64,000 bases of DNA from Thermodesulfovibrionales bacterium (lineage in GTDB: Bacteria; Nitrospirota; Thermodesulfovibrionia; Thermodesulfovibrionales; SM23-35): the NCBI GenBank assembly GCA_963716185.1, contig OY970295.1, positions 2,808,356 to 2,872,355 on the forward strand, in the 5' to 3' direction. A program made the position numbers and the translations under genes. Under the pieces are notes generated by a model that searched no databases, had not been told where the DNA came from, and saw only the letters and a program-made list of their open reading frames with translations. This document shows, in pieces, positions 18,861-28,464 of this stretch (the stretch's first letter is position 1; each line of letters begins with the position of its first letter).

Positions 18861-19391
18861 TTAAGATTCTTTCATGAGGGCATGAAAAGACTCGATTGCC
18901 TGTGGAGAATCCCATTCGGCGGGGCCGAGCACTTTATCCCTCAAGATGCCCTTTTTATCGATAATATATGTTTCCGGCACCCCGGTAATGCCAAAGATTT
19001 TAGCGGCAGACTCATCGGGATTGATAAAAACGGGGAACGTGTAACCGTTTTGCTTCATATAACTGGATGCATTAGAAATACTGTCTTTATAAAGGACGGT
19101 CACCATCTTAAATGAAGGGTCTCCTGAGAGAGATCTGAATAATTTCTCGATGGAAGGCAGTTCCTCGACACAGGACCCGCACCACGTGGCCCAGAAATTG
19201 ACGAAGACAACAGATCCCTTCATATCGGAAAGTTTGATCTTATTCCCGTTGAGGTCGACCAGTTCAAAATCCTCCGGAGAGCCGCCTGACTGCGTCATCC
19301 TCGGATTATGTGATGAAGGCCTTACGGTAAAAAAAGCGGCAGCGGCCACTATAACTATGATCAGAAACAGGATTAGAGCTTTAGGTTTCAC
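18861..19391 (-). CDS. TlpA/ResA-like thiol-disulfide oxidoreductase (membrane-anchored thioredoxin fold)
   Basis: N-terminal TM segment and the WATWCGSC active site. Confidence 0.85.
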   Translation of the reverse strand: MKPKALILFLIIVIVAAAAFFTVRPSSHNPRMTQSGGSPEDFELVDLNGNKIKLSDMKGSVVFVNFWATWCGSCVEELPSIEKLFRSLSGDPSFKMVTVLYKDSISNASSYMKQNGYTFPVFINPDESAAKIFGITGVPETYIIDKKGILRDKVLGPAEWDSPQAIESFHALMKES

Positions 19392-19427
19392 TGTGAATCT
19401 GCATGGCTTTCATTAAAGTTGTGCCGG

Positions 19428-21875
19428 TCAGTTGGCGCCGGACAGGATAGATACGGCTTCCTCGGCTTCGACAAATGCGGGCTTGTCGCCTTCGAGAACA
19501 ACTTTTATCTTATGGACGCTCTTAAATTTCCCTATCAGTATTTCCTCGGAAAGCGGATCTTCTATGACTTTCTGGACAGCCCTCCTCATCGGACGCGCGC
19601 CATATGTAGGCTGGTAGTACTTCTTTATCAGCCATTCTTTGACTTCCTGGGCGACCTCGATAACGAGCTCCTGCTGTTCGATCAACAATCTGTTTGTCTC
19701 TTCAACGAGCAGGTCGATAATCGAAAGGAGATGCTCCTTTTCCAGAGGATGGAATACCACTATCTCGTCCACGCGGTTCAGGAATTCAGGATTGAATGTC
19801 TTTTTCAGTTCATTCAAGACGTTTTCTTTTATCTTTTCATAGACCATCTCGGATATATTTCTCTGGAAGCCAAGGGGGGTCGCTTTCTCGATCAACCTCG
19901 CTCCAAGGTTTGAAGTCATGATTATCACGGTATTCCTGAAATCCACTTTTCTTCCAAAACTGTCCGTCAGCACCCCTTCATCAAGTACCTGAAGTAATAT
20001 ATTAAAGACATCGGGATGGGCCTTCTCAATCTCGTCAAAGAGGACAACGGAATAAGGTTTTTTTCTGATTCTCTCCGTCAGCTGTCCGCCTTCTTCATAT
20101 CCAACATAACCCGGAGGGGCCCCGGTCAGCCTTGACACATTAAACCTTTCCATATATTCCGACATGTCTATCTTGACAAGTGAAGATTCATCGTTGAACA
20201 GAAACCATGCGAGGGCCTTGGCGAGTTCCGTCTTGCCGACGCCCGTCGGACCGAGGAAGAAGAAAGAGCCTATAGGCTTCTTGCTGGATTTGAGCCCGGC
20301 CCTTGATCTCCTTATTGCTCTGGAGACCGCCTTTATCGCCTCTTCCTGCCCGATGATCCTTTTGTGAAGATTATCCTCCATCCGGATAAGTTTCTCCGAC
20401 TCCTTCTCTTCCAGTTTCACAAGAGGTATGCCGGTCATCTTGGAGACCGTATATTCGATATCCTCTTCCCTTACATAGGGTATTTCCTTGCTCAGATTAT
20501 CGACCCACTGCTTGTGCAGTTGTTCGTGGAGCCTTTTGAGCTTTTCTTCTTCCAGACGCAGGGACGACGCTTTCTCGAGGTCATGAAGCTTTATATAAAG
20601 ATTCTTCTCTTTCGAAAACCTGTGGATATCGGTCTCCAGGTCTTTGAGTTCCTGCGGGGGGGTATATCTCTTCAGTTTAATCCTTGAGCCCGTCTCATCG
20701 ATAACATCAATGGCCTTGTCAGGCAAATATCTGTCCGCGATATACCTGTCCGACAACTTCGCCGCGATTTCAACAGCGGAATCATTTATTTTGACTTTAT
20801 GGAAAGCCTCATATCTGGACTTCAGACCCTTGAGGATACTTATCGTATTTTCGACATTCGGCGGCTGCACGTATATCGGCTGGAACCTGCGTTCCAGTGC
20901 GCCGTCTTTTTCTATGTGTTTTCTGTATTCATCGGGTGTCGTCGCGCCTACACATTGTATCTCCCCGCGGGAAAGCGCGGGTTTAAGCATGCTCGATGCA
21001 TCGACGGAACCCTCCGCCGCGCCCGCCCCGATCAGCGTATGCAGCTCATCTATAAAGAGTATGACATTGTCCGACTGGGTGATCTCTTTCATCACGATCT
21101 TGAGCCTTTCCTCGAACTGTCCCCTATACTTTGTTCCGGCTATCAGCGCCCCGAGGTCAAGCGATACGATGCGTTTTCCCAAAAGGCTGTCAGGCACATT
21201 GCCGGAAACGATCTTCTGGGCAAGCCCTTCAACTATCGCGGTCTTTCCGACTCCGGGCTCTCCGATAATAACAGGGTTGTTCTTGATCCTTCTGCCGAGT
21301 ATCTGGATGAGACGTTCGATCTCGTCTTCCCTGCATATCACCGGATCGAGTTTCCCCTCTTTGGCAAGCTGAGTCAGGTCCCTACCGAATTCGTCAAGCG
21401 CAGGTGTCGAGCCCCTTTTGTCTTTTACCTGTGTGTGTGCCCTTATCGAAAAATTAATGGTGAGCTGCCTTGCGCCTAAAAGGTTGGCGCCAAAGCTTCT
21501 CAGGATTTTGCCGCCGATACCTTCTTCTTCTCTGATCAGGCCGAGAAAGATATGTTCGCTTCCGATGTAGTTGTGGCCGAGCAGCCTCGCTTCCTCTACA
21601 GCGAGTTCGAGGACCTTTTTGGCCCTGGGAGTAAACGGAATGTCCCCGAAAGTCATGATGTTGGTCCCCTGGGGGAGGTTCCTTTCGACTTCCAAACGGA
21701 CTTCCTCAGGGGTAATTCCCATTCTCTTGAGGATCGCCAAGGGCAGGCCGTCTTCTTCTTTCAGGACCGCAAGTAAAAGATGCTCCGTGCCGAGATAATC
21801 ATTTTGACGCCTCTCGGCTTCCTCTTTTGCATAAATGATTACTTTTCTGCCGCGTTCTGTGAACTTCTCAAACAT
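19428..21875 (-). CDS. clpC: ATP-dependent Clp protease ATP-binding subunit ClpC-type (class I AAA+)
   Basis: 815 aa. Clp_N repeats (GTEHLLLAVL, GSEHIFLGLI), two Walker A motifs (GEPGVGKT, GPTGVGKT) and a middle UVR-like coiled coil. Confidence 0.92.
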   Translation of the reverse strand: MFEKFTERGRKVIIYAKEEAERRQNDYLGTEHLLLAVLKEEDGLPLAILKRMGITPEEVRLEVERNLPQGTNIMTFGDIPFTPRAKKVLELAVEEARLLGHNYIGSEHIFLGLIREEEGIGGKILRSFGANLLGARQLTINFSIRAHTQVKDKRGSTPALDEFGRDLTQLAKEGKLDPVICREDEIERLIQILGRRIKNNPVIIGEPGVGKTAIVEGLAQKIVSGNVPDSLLGKRIVSLDLGALIAGTKYRGQFEERLKIVMKEITQSDNVILFIDELHTLIGAGAAEGSVDASSMLKPALSRGEIQCVGATTPDEYRKHIEKDGALERRFQPIYVQPPNVENTISILKGLKSRYEAFHKVKINDSAVEIAAKLSDRYIADRYLPDKAIDVIDETGSRIKLKRYTPPQELKDLETDIHRFSKEKNLYIKLHDLEKASSLRLEEEKLKRLHEQLHKQWVDNLSKEIPYVREEDIEYTVSKMTGIPLVKLEEKESEKLIRMEDNLHKRIIGQEEAIKAVSRAIRRSRAGLKSSKKPIGSFFFLGPTGVGKTELAKALAWFLFNDESSLVKIDMSEYMERFNVSRLTGAPPGYVGYEEGGQLTERIRKKPYSVVLFDEIEKAHPDVFNILLQVLDEGVLTDSFGRKVDFRNTVIIMTSNLGARLIEKATPLGFQRNISEMVYEKIKENVLNELKKTFNPEFLNRVDEIVVFHPLEKEHLLSIIDLLVEETNRLLIEQQELVIEVAQEVKEWLIKKYYQPTYGARPMRRAVQKVIEDPLSEEILIGKFKSVHKIKVVLEGDKPAFVEAEEAVSILSGAN

Positions 21876-22226
21876 TTATTTTTTTATCACCCCTGCTAAA
21901 TTAAATATACTTCTTTTATCTGTTCAAAGTCAACAATGCGCGCGCCTTCCAACCCGCCATGATACTTTATATACAGCCTAAAATAATGATAAGATTTTGT
22001 ATGACGAAATCTCCAAAGAAAAGGTATACTGTTGACAAGACGGAAAAGAATTTTAATAGAAGCCGGCTTAAGTCCGGGGATAGACATAAAGAAATCCAGG
22101 GAAGGAAAGAGTCCAATATATGTGCGAACTTCTCGTGCCGGATGAGGAAAGCGGGCTGCAAGGGGTTTGAGGGTTGTCCCGGTTATATGTCAAAATAAAA
22201 AATGAAATCTATATTGGGAGGATTGT

Positions 22227-22823
22227 ATGAAAAAACCGTTTTATTCTGTTTTTTTCTTTATATTTCTATGTATTTCCGGTCTCGGTATTTCCGGCTGCGG
22301 CTATAATACTATGCAGGCGAACGAAGAGGCTGTCAAGGCGGCATGGGGTGATGTTGAGGCATCATATCAGAGAAGAAGCGATCTCGTGCCGAACCTGGTG
22401 GAAGTCGTGAAGGCATATGCGAAACATGAGAGGGAAACCCTTACCGCGGTCACAGAGGCGAGGGCGAAGGTCGGAACAATTCAGATGTCGAAGAACATCA
22501 CCGACGATCCGAAGGCCTTTGCACAATTTCAGCAGGCACAGTCCGCCATGAGCAGCGCCCTTGCGAGACTCATGGTCGTCGTAGAAAGATATCCCGACCT
22601 CAAAGCAAACCAGAATTTCCAGGACCTCCAGCATCAGCTTGAAGGCACTGAAAACAGGATCAATGTTGCTCGTGTCCGCTATAACAAGGCAGTGGAGGCA
22701 TTCAATACATCCATAAGGATATTCCCGAACAGCCTTACTAACAGTGTCTTGCTCCACCTGAAACTCAAGGAGCCGTTCAAGGCCGAGGCAGGAGCCGAAA
22801 AAGCGCCAAAGGTCCAGTTCTGA
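22227..22823 (+). CDS. lemA: LemA family protein
   Basis: 198 aa with a lipoprotein-like N-terminus. Typical LemA motifs are QRRSDLVPNLVEVVKAYAKHE and RINVARVRYN. Confidence 0.85.
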   Translation: MKKPFYSVFFFIFLCISGLGISGCGYNTMQANEEAVKAAWGDVEASYQRRSDLVPNLVEVVKAYAKHERETLTAVTEARAKVGTIQMSKNITDDPKAFAQFQQAQSAMSSALARLMVVVERYPDLKANQNFQDLQHQLEGTENRINVARVRYNKAVEAFNTSIRIFPNSLTNSVLLHLKLKEPFKAEAGAEKAPKVQF

Positions 22824-22890
22824 CAGCATGATTCAGGATTCGCGATATACGATGCAAGATCCACAACGCACGATTCAGGATTCACGATGC

Positions 22891-23832
22891 ATGATACGCG
22901 ATGTAAGCCCCGTTTTTAATTCCGCCCCCGGCAAGGTCGCACAGAGAGGGGTTATCCCGTACTTGCTATCCTGTATCCTGTATCTCGTGTCATGTATCTT
23001 TCTCTTATCGCCTGCAGTCTACGCCCTTGACGTTCCTAAGCTTCAGGGCTATGTCAATGATTATGCGGATATGATATCCCCTCAGGTGAGGGATCAACTT
23101 ACTAATGAATTACATGCCTTCGAACAGAGCGATTCGACCCAGATAGTCATCCTGACTATCCCTTCTCTTGAAGGGGAGGCATTGGAAGATTTCAGCATAA
23201 AAGTTGCGGAAGCATGGAAGATAGGGCAGAAGAACAAAGATAACGGCGCGATCCTTCTTGTTGCAAAACAGGAAAGGAAAATCCGCGTGGAAGTGGGAAG
23301 AGGTCTGGAAGGCAGATTGACCGACCTCATGTCCGGAAGGATCATAGATCTTGTGATCCAGCCGAGGTTTAAGAGCGGTGATTTCGACGGAGGCTTTGCC
23401 GCGGGCGTTTCCGCGCTCATAGATGCGACGAGGGGAGAATTCAAGGCCGACGGGGACCGCTATCCCCAGAAACGTAATGGGTTCTCGCGCATTTTTACTT
23501 TCCTCATTTTTGGCGGGATGATCCTGCTCGCCCTCGGTAGTTTCTCGCGTATTCTGGGAGGTATCGCTGGTGCGGTCGGTCTGCCTTTTCTTGTATTTGC
23601 CTCAGGGTTCTCTATCGGTTTGATTTTACTGATCGTTCTTATTGCTGCGGGATTGGGTATAGGGCTATTACTCCCTGTGCTTTTTTCGTCAGGAGGACGC
23701 TATGGAGGCGGAGGTTTCTGGTCCGGCGGCGGGTTCTCGGGAATGGGCGGCTCGGGCGGCGGTGATTTTGGAGGGGGCTTCAGCGGCGGCGGCGGTGACT
23801 TCGGCGGCGGCGGAGCATCAGGGGGCTGGTAA
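22891..23832 (+). CDS. TPM-domain protein (YgcG-like) with TM segments and a Gly-rich tail
   Basis: LQGYVNDYADMISP...TQIVILTIPSL matches the TPM fold, and the C-terminus is a GGGGF/GGGDFGGG tail. The start is uncertain (ATG at 22828, 22852 or 22891); 22891 gives a normal signal peptide. Confidence 0.75.
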   Translation: MIRDVSPVFNSAPGKVAQRGVIPYLLSCILYLVSCIFLLSPAVYALDVPKLQGYVNDYADMISPQVRDQLTNELHAFEQSDSTQIVILTIPSLEGEALEDFSIKVAEAWKIGQKNKDNGAILLVAKQERKIRVEVGRGLEGRLTDLMSGRIIDLVIQPRFKSGDFDGGFAAGVSALIDATRGEFKADGDRYPQKRNGFSRIFTFLIFGGMILLALGSFSRILGGIAGAVGLPFLVFASGFSIGLILLIVLIAAGLGIGLLLPVLFSSGGRYGGGGFWSGGGFSGMGGSGGGDFGGGFSGGGGDFGGGGASGGW

Positions 23833-24476
23833 TGAAACATAAGATAAATGCTGATAGATTTTTTAACAAAGAAGAACGGGAAAGGATAACAAAAACGATC
23901 CGTGAAGTGGAATCCCGCACAATCGGAGAGGTTGTTGTTATGGTCGCCGACAGCAGCGACCAATACCAGGAGACCGAGGTGATGGGCGGAATCCTTCTCG
24001 GCGGCCTTTTGTCGCTGATTATAACCATTTATTTTTTCCACTCGTCCATATGGTCATACATACCGCTAAATTTCTTGTTCTTCTTCCCTTCGAAATATCT
24101 GTTCCGGAAAGTGCCTGTTCTTAAAGCCCCGTTCATCGGGATCAGGAGAAAAGAACATGCCGTGATGCAGAAGGCCGTCAGGACATTTTATGAGAAAAGT
24201 CTTTACAAAACGAGGAAGAACACAGGAGTCTTGTTCTTCCTCTCACTGCTCGAAAGGAAGGTATGGGTCCTTGCGGACAAGGGAATTTATGCTAAGATCG
24301 GTCAGGACACCTTGAATAAATTTGCAGGGTCTGTTTCTAAGGGAATAAAGGAGCGCCACGCCTGCAATGCTTTGTGCGAGGCGATCGAGATGTCGGGAGA
24401 ACTGCTCGCCAAACATTTTCCGATCACGCCGGACGATATTGATGAATTGTCCGATGAAGTCATGACGGAAGAGTAG
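23832..24476 (+). CDS. TPM-domain membrane protein (second member of the LemA-TPM-TPM trio)
   Basis: 214 aa. FFNKEERERITKTIREVESRTIGEVVVMV followed by TM helices. The start overlaps the upstream stop (TAATG). Confidence 0.7.
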   Translation: MKHKINADRFFNKEERERITKTIREVESRTIGEVVVMVADSSDQYQETEVMGGILLGGLLSLIITIYFFHSSIWSYIPLNFLFFFPSKYLFRKVPVLKAPFIGIRRKEHAVMQKAVRTFYEKSLYKTRKNTGVLFFLSLLERKVWVLADKGIYAKIGQDTLNKFAGSVSKGIKERHACNALCEAIEMSGELLAKHFPITPDDIDELSDEVMTEE

Positions 24477-24719
24477 ACCTGAACGTTGCAAAAAAGGTAA
24501 AGCAGATATACTCAAAAACTTTGCAACTCGACAAGATGTCATTGTGAAACGTGTGGCCGCATTCTTAACCTTTTATGCCTTTTGCAGGAAGCCTCCGCCA
24601 ACATTCAGGTCTCTGCGGTGTCTCAGTGCCCAGGCCTTTTCATCATATCCGCCTTCCAATTTCGAACAAATCTTATGCAGGTAATGGGTGGATCTTTCGG
24701 GTTTCAACGATTTGTTATA

Positions 24720-24728
24720 TGATATAAT
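24720..24728 (+). promoter_or_regulatory. candidate extended -10 promoter (TGnTATAAT) for the tRNA pair
   Basis: tgatataat lies ~32 nt upstream of the tRNA-Gln 5' end. No convincing -35 element. Confidence 0.35.
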
Positions 24729-24759
24729 ACTTTTTAATTTTTTCGTTCTATCGCTTTGT

Positions 24760-24833
24760 TGGGGAGTCGTCCAGGGGCAGGACGGCAGACTCTGGATCTG
24801 CTTACAGGGGTTCGAATCCTCTCTCCCCAGCCA
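24760..24833 (+). tRNA. tRNA-Gln (anticodon CTG)
   Basis: Hand-folded cloverleaf: acceptor TGGGGAG/CTCCCCA, D stem GTCC/GGAC, anticodon stem GCAGA/TCTGC with loop CTCTGGA, T arm AGGGG-TTCGAAT-CCTCT, encoded CCA. Confidence 0.9.
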
Positions 24834-24837
24834 ATTC

Positions 24838-24913
24838 GGTCCCATCGTCTAGAGGCCTAGGACGTGGCCCTCTCAAGGCTAAAACACGGGTTCGAATCCC
24901 GTTGGGACCGCCA
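24838..24913 (+). tRNA. tRNA-Glu (anticodon CTC); integration target of the downstream islands
   Basis: Hand-folded cloverleaf: acceptor GGTCCCA/TGGGACC, D stem GTCT/GGAC, anticodon stem TGGCC/GGCTA with loop CTCTCAA, T arm ACGGG-TTCGAAT-CCCGT, encoded CCA. Confidence 0.9.
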
Positions 24914-24926
24914 ATAAAATCAATGA
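24869..24926 (+). repeat. att copy A: 3' 45 nt of tRNA-Glu plus 13 nt downstream (left boundary of island I)
   Basis: The same 58 bp recur perfectly at 37092-37149. Confidence 0.9.
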
Positions 24927-24927
24927 G

Positions 24928-26005
24928 TTATGCCTCATTATAGGCCGCTACATTTAAGGACTGTGCCCCTTTTTGTGCCCCCGACTTCATATCTAATACA
25001 GAAATAGCCTCTCTCAGGTTTTCAACTGAAAGATGAGCATATCTCTGAGTCATGCGGATATCTTTGTGTCCAAGCAATTTTGAGATTGTGTGAAGGTCAA
25101 CGCCTCTTTGTCTGAGATAACTCGCAAAAGTGTGTCTGAGGTCTGAGATCGTGGAAATGAAAGTTTTCTATTCCGGCAACTTCACACGCCTTTTTAAATA
25201 CCCGTTGAAGTTTAACTGGATATATTCTCTTACCGTTGTTGTGGAAGACGAAGTCTTCAATATCCTTTACTTTTTGCATTTCCCTGAATGTCTCAATTGC
25301 TTCAATCGTGAGCGGTAGCCCGATGCTCTCTTTGTTTTTCATTAGAGCGCCCTCGATTACCAAACACCGGGAAAAGAGATTTAGCCATGACCACTTCATG
25401 TTGAGAAGATTTGATTCTCTTAGACCTGTGTTAAGTGCGATTATCACTATAGATTTCAGCCATGCGGGGGCTGTCTTGTCATCGAGAGCATTAAACAGCC
25501 TGCCATATTCATCTTCACTGAGATACCGGACACGCTCATTTTTAACTTGCGGCATTTCGATTGAGTTTACAGGATTGTCCTTGATCCATTTCCATTTTTT
25601 AATGGCGACATTGAACATTCGTTTGAGAAGTCCCATTTCTTTTACTATTGTTGCGGGCATAATCCCCTTGGAATATCTATAACTCTCGTACTCTCCGATA
25701 AGTCTTTCAATGTCCTGTAACTGAGTGTCCTCTCCGAAGTAGGCTTCCAAGTGTTTAAAGATGCTTCTATCCCTTGCCTGATATTGTCTCCTTGAAGTGT
25801 ATTCGGCATCATATTTCTCAATCATCTCTTTTAGCGTTCTTCTTCGAGCCTCAATCCCAAACCATTCGCCTTCTGCAAGTTCATTTAAGACTTTTATCTC
25901 GATTTTTCTGGCAAGTTCCTTACTGCTTGTACCAGTTGACTTTCTTATTAATTTTCCTTGCCATTTAATCTTTATCCACCAGACTCGGCCCCTCTTTAAA
26001 AGCAT
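24928..26005 (-). pseudogene. tyrosine recombinase / phage-type integrase, frameshifted by a 7-bp tandem duplication
   Basis: The track ORF 25097..26005 ends ...HFHDLRPQTHFCELSQTKRR. Deleting one copy of gtctgag (25134-25140 / 25141-25147) restores HDLRHTFASYLRQRGVDLHTISKLLGHKDIRMTQRYAHL..., which carries the catalytic His and Tyr, down to a stop at 24928-24930. Confidence 0.85.
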
Positions 26006-26105
26006 TACATCACCTCCCTCTTGAGGTGGTCTGGTCTCCCTTTACGGGAGTATAAATTGACCTTGCCCCCCAAAACCTCCACGGGGGCAAAAAAAGGATG
26101 AATTT

Positions 26106-26399
26106 GTGAGGGCTATATATTATCTCAGAGAATACTTTGAGCAACTGACAAAAAAACCTCTAATGGGGTTAATTTCTAATATTCTTGATGATACCTTGGC
26201 TGACGCAAACTCAATATGGTATAGAAGAAAAAATAGTGTTGACCTAAATGTCATGGGTATGAATTCTCTTTGTGCAATTCAGAGACAGTATGAATATTAC
26301 AATAACAAGGGTTACATAAAAAAATCATTTGATACAAAGACCCCTTTATGGGAAATAATCAAGGAAAAACACCAAGAGGCAACTGGAAAGCATGATTGA
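26106..26399 (+). CDS. hypothetical protein (GTG start)
   Basis: 97-aa ORF with no recognisable motif. Confidence 0.3.
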   Translation: MRAIYYLREYFEQLTKKPLMGLISNILDDTLADANSIWYRRKNSVDLNVMGMNSLCAIQRQYEYYNNKGYIKKSFDTKTPLWEIIKEKHQEATGKHD

Positions 26400-26457
26400 G
26401 GGAGGTTAGAATGGGCATAACTTATGAAAGACACAAACATGAATTGGTAAAACCATA

Positions 26458-26610
26458 GGACGGAACCCCCCCGCTTGTATGCCTTGCTCAGATTATCGAG
26501 ATTCATGAGAACGATAAACTGTCGGTCAGGGATATTGCAAAACAAACCAAGATACCCCGTTCAACAGTCTTCAGAACAATTAAGCAGTTTAAAGAGGGGG
26601 ATTATTGATA
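26458..26610 (+). pseudogene. fragment of a small helix-turn-helix protein (no usable start codon)
   Basis: Hand translation: ...LAQIIEIHENDKLSVRDIAKQTKIPRSTVFRTIKQFKEGDY*. This is an HTH pattern, but the frame opens right after a stop and has no ATG/GTG/TTG. Confidence 0.4.
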
Positions 26611-27528
26611 AAGAGGGACTCCCCATCAACGGAAATCGTGCTGTCCCAAAAGGCAATACTTTTTCCTGTGTATGAAACCCATGAAAATCGCCATTCCGTG
26701 GCTCCCTAAAAACCTGTCTAACAGGGATTACGTTTTGAGACGGTCAATGGAATTCTTTATACAAAGATTGGGCTGAAAGTTTTTGACTGACTGGCACGGG
26801 GCGGGGAAATGATGAAAAAAGGAAAGATAACGGTATCGAGTATTCCAAAAGACTTATTGCAAAAAATATCGAAAGAAACCCAAGGATGAGAAATTTAGGA
26901 CAATAGAAGAAGAAGGTAGATTTGCCTCTGAGGTTTGGAAGAGATGTTTGCATTATGAGGGGGATCCTATTGATGTGAGTAAATTGCCTAAAGATTATGA
27001 TGTAGATGAATTGAATTATGATCCTGAAACAGTGTACAAACCAAAATTGCGAAAGACTACTAAAAAAATAAGGTACCTACTAAGAAAAAGTGATAAAGCT
27101 GGCAAAGCAAAATAATCAGGTGCCGCAATCTATGCACCACTTCAAAATTTAAGTATCCTCCCCTTTGGTTTGCACAACGAATTCATAATGTTTTCATATT
27201 TTCTTCGCCATTTCTTCATTTTTCCATAGTAATCTAAAGGTAGAAAATAACCTTCAACGTTCTTTCAGTAGCAGCCAGTAATCCCTCCTACTGGCTGCTC
27301 ACTCCTTTTAAACTAGAAATAGCAAATGTTTTTTGCACCCCCTTGAGTTCTCAAGTTTTGATAAAAAGGAAAGGGCATCACACCCAAAAACAAGACATTA
27401 GATCGGCTGGTGCTCTTTAAAGCTATTTTTGAATGTCTTGATAAATAGGACTTGTTATCTCAGACAGCAGCATTATGCCTGTCTCCGCTCTGGGCAGGAA
27501 AGTATCGAAGCCTACCCTACTGAGAAAA

Positions 27529-27879
27529 TTAAGTTTTGTTGATGCCTGAGATAATCCCTTTGGATGCTGAGAGAAATATAGTCTGCTTCTTCTTGTCCAT
27601 GCTTCTGAAAAGGCTTAATATTTCCGCTAACTCGGTTTCGATACCTTTGTCAGTTCTTCCCTGAGATATACTGATAAGATCCGAGAGCGGAATGTCCAGA
27701 GCTTTAGCCACCATATAGAAGCTGTACATAGAGGCATTGACTTTTCCCCGTTCTATGTCGGAAATGTAAGTCGGGTGTAACCCTGAGAGTTCGGCAAGCC
27801 TTTCCTGGGATATCTTCCTTGATTTTCTAACAGCCCTTATTTTGCTGCCAATGGTCTTGAGAAATGTAGTTGTATTCAT
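27529..27879 (-). CDS. XRE-family (Cro/CI-type) HTH transcriptional regulator
   Basis: 116 aa. ISQERLAELSGLHPTYISDIERGKVNASMYSFYMVAKAL. Confidence 0.85.
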   Translation of the reverse strand: MNTTTFLKTIGSKIRAVRKSRKISQERLAELSGLHPTYISDIERGKVNASMYSFYMVAKALDIPLSDLISISQGRTDKGIETELAEILSLFRSMDKKKQTIFLSASKGIISGINKT

Positions 27880-27914
27880 GACTAAGAGGATAGGGGAAAA
27901 ATAGGGGAAATATT

Positions 27915-27956
27915 AATAGTCTATAGTCTATATTCTGCTTGACTTTATAGACTATT
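27915..27956. promoter_or_regulatory. candidate operator: 11-bp perfect inverted repeat in the divergent XRE/28044 intergenic region
   Basis: aatagtctata (27915-27925) and tatagactatt (27946-27956), with an extra gtctata half-site between them and TTGACT (27939-27944) inside the spacer. Confidence 0.55.
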
Positions 27957-28043
27957 TAGGATAATTCAGAAGTGAATGTACCGACAAAGTGGAAACAACT
28001 ATTGTCTTGCAAATATTCAAATAAGTTTAAGGGGAGGATACAA

Positions 28044-28412
28044 ATGAGTCTAAAGAGAATTATTTGCTGCGGACTTGTGCTATGCATTGTTGGATTTCAC
28101 TATACCAACACTGTAATTGCTTCTGAGTCCTTTGTCTTTGGTAAGGCATGTTTAATTCAACCTGAAGAGCGGGACACTAAGAGATCGCCTGAATGTGGGA
28201 TGGAAGAATCACGACCCGAACAACAATCCACCCATGAAGAAATATTTCTGAAATTATTAGGTCTTTACGATTACGCTGCCATCTATGGTTCGGAGGATTT
28301 TCAGGTATTTGGTAAGGATAGAGATAGAGTCCGAGCTTTCTTGATGGTGCAACCCATTTTTTATTATGAAATAAATTATACAAATAAAAGAGGGAAAGAC
28401 ATATCTTTATAG
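28044..28412 (+). CDS. secreted hypothetical protein
   Basis: The ATG at 28044 follows aaggggagga. Signal peptide MSLKRIICCGLVLCIVGFHYTNTVIA. The track ORF starts earlier, at 27972. Confidence 0.5.
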   Translation: MSLKRIICCGLVLCIVGFHYTNTVIASESFVFGKACLIQPEERDTKRSPECGMEESRPEQQSTHEEIFLKLLGLYDYAAIYGSEDFQVFGKDRDRVRAFLMVQPIFYYEINYTNKRGKDISL

Positions 28413-28464
28413 GTGTAAAAAACAAGCCTCAAACTTAGAAAGCTGACAACTTTCAAAAAAATTA

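Noticed and set aside
21900-21945. Possible CtsR-type operator (gttcaaagtcaac) upstream of clpC
   Set aside because: The two heptads are directly adjacent instead of being separated by 3 nt as in the GGTCAAA-NAN-GGTCAAA consensus, and only one half matches well. The evidence is too weak.
24490-24532. 8-bp stem gttgcaaa/tttgcaac downstream of the second TPM gene, considered as a terminator
   Set aside because: It has a 27-nt loop and no T-run, so it is not convincing as a rho-independent terminator.
24573-24845. 90-aa minus-strand ORF across the tRNA-Gln/tRNA-Glu genes; also ORFs 37041-37352 and 55569-55817 reading through att copies
   Set aside because: They are translations of tRNA-derived sequence (the shared peptide LKAKT.VRIPLGP simply reflects the repeat) and not genes.
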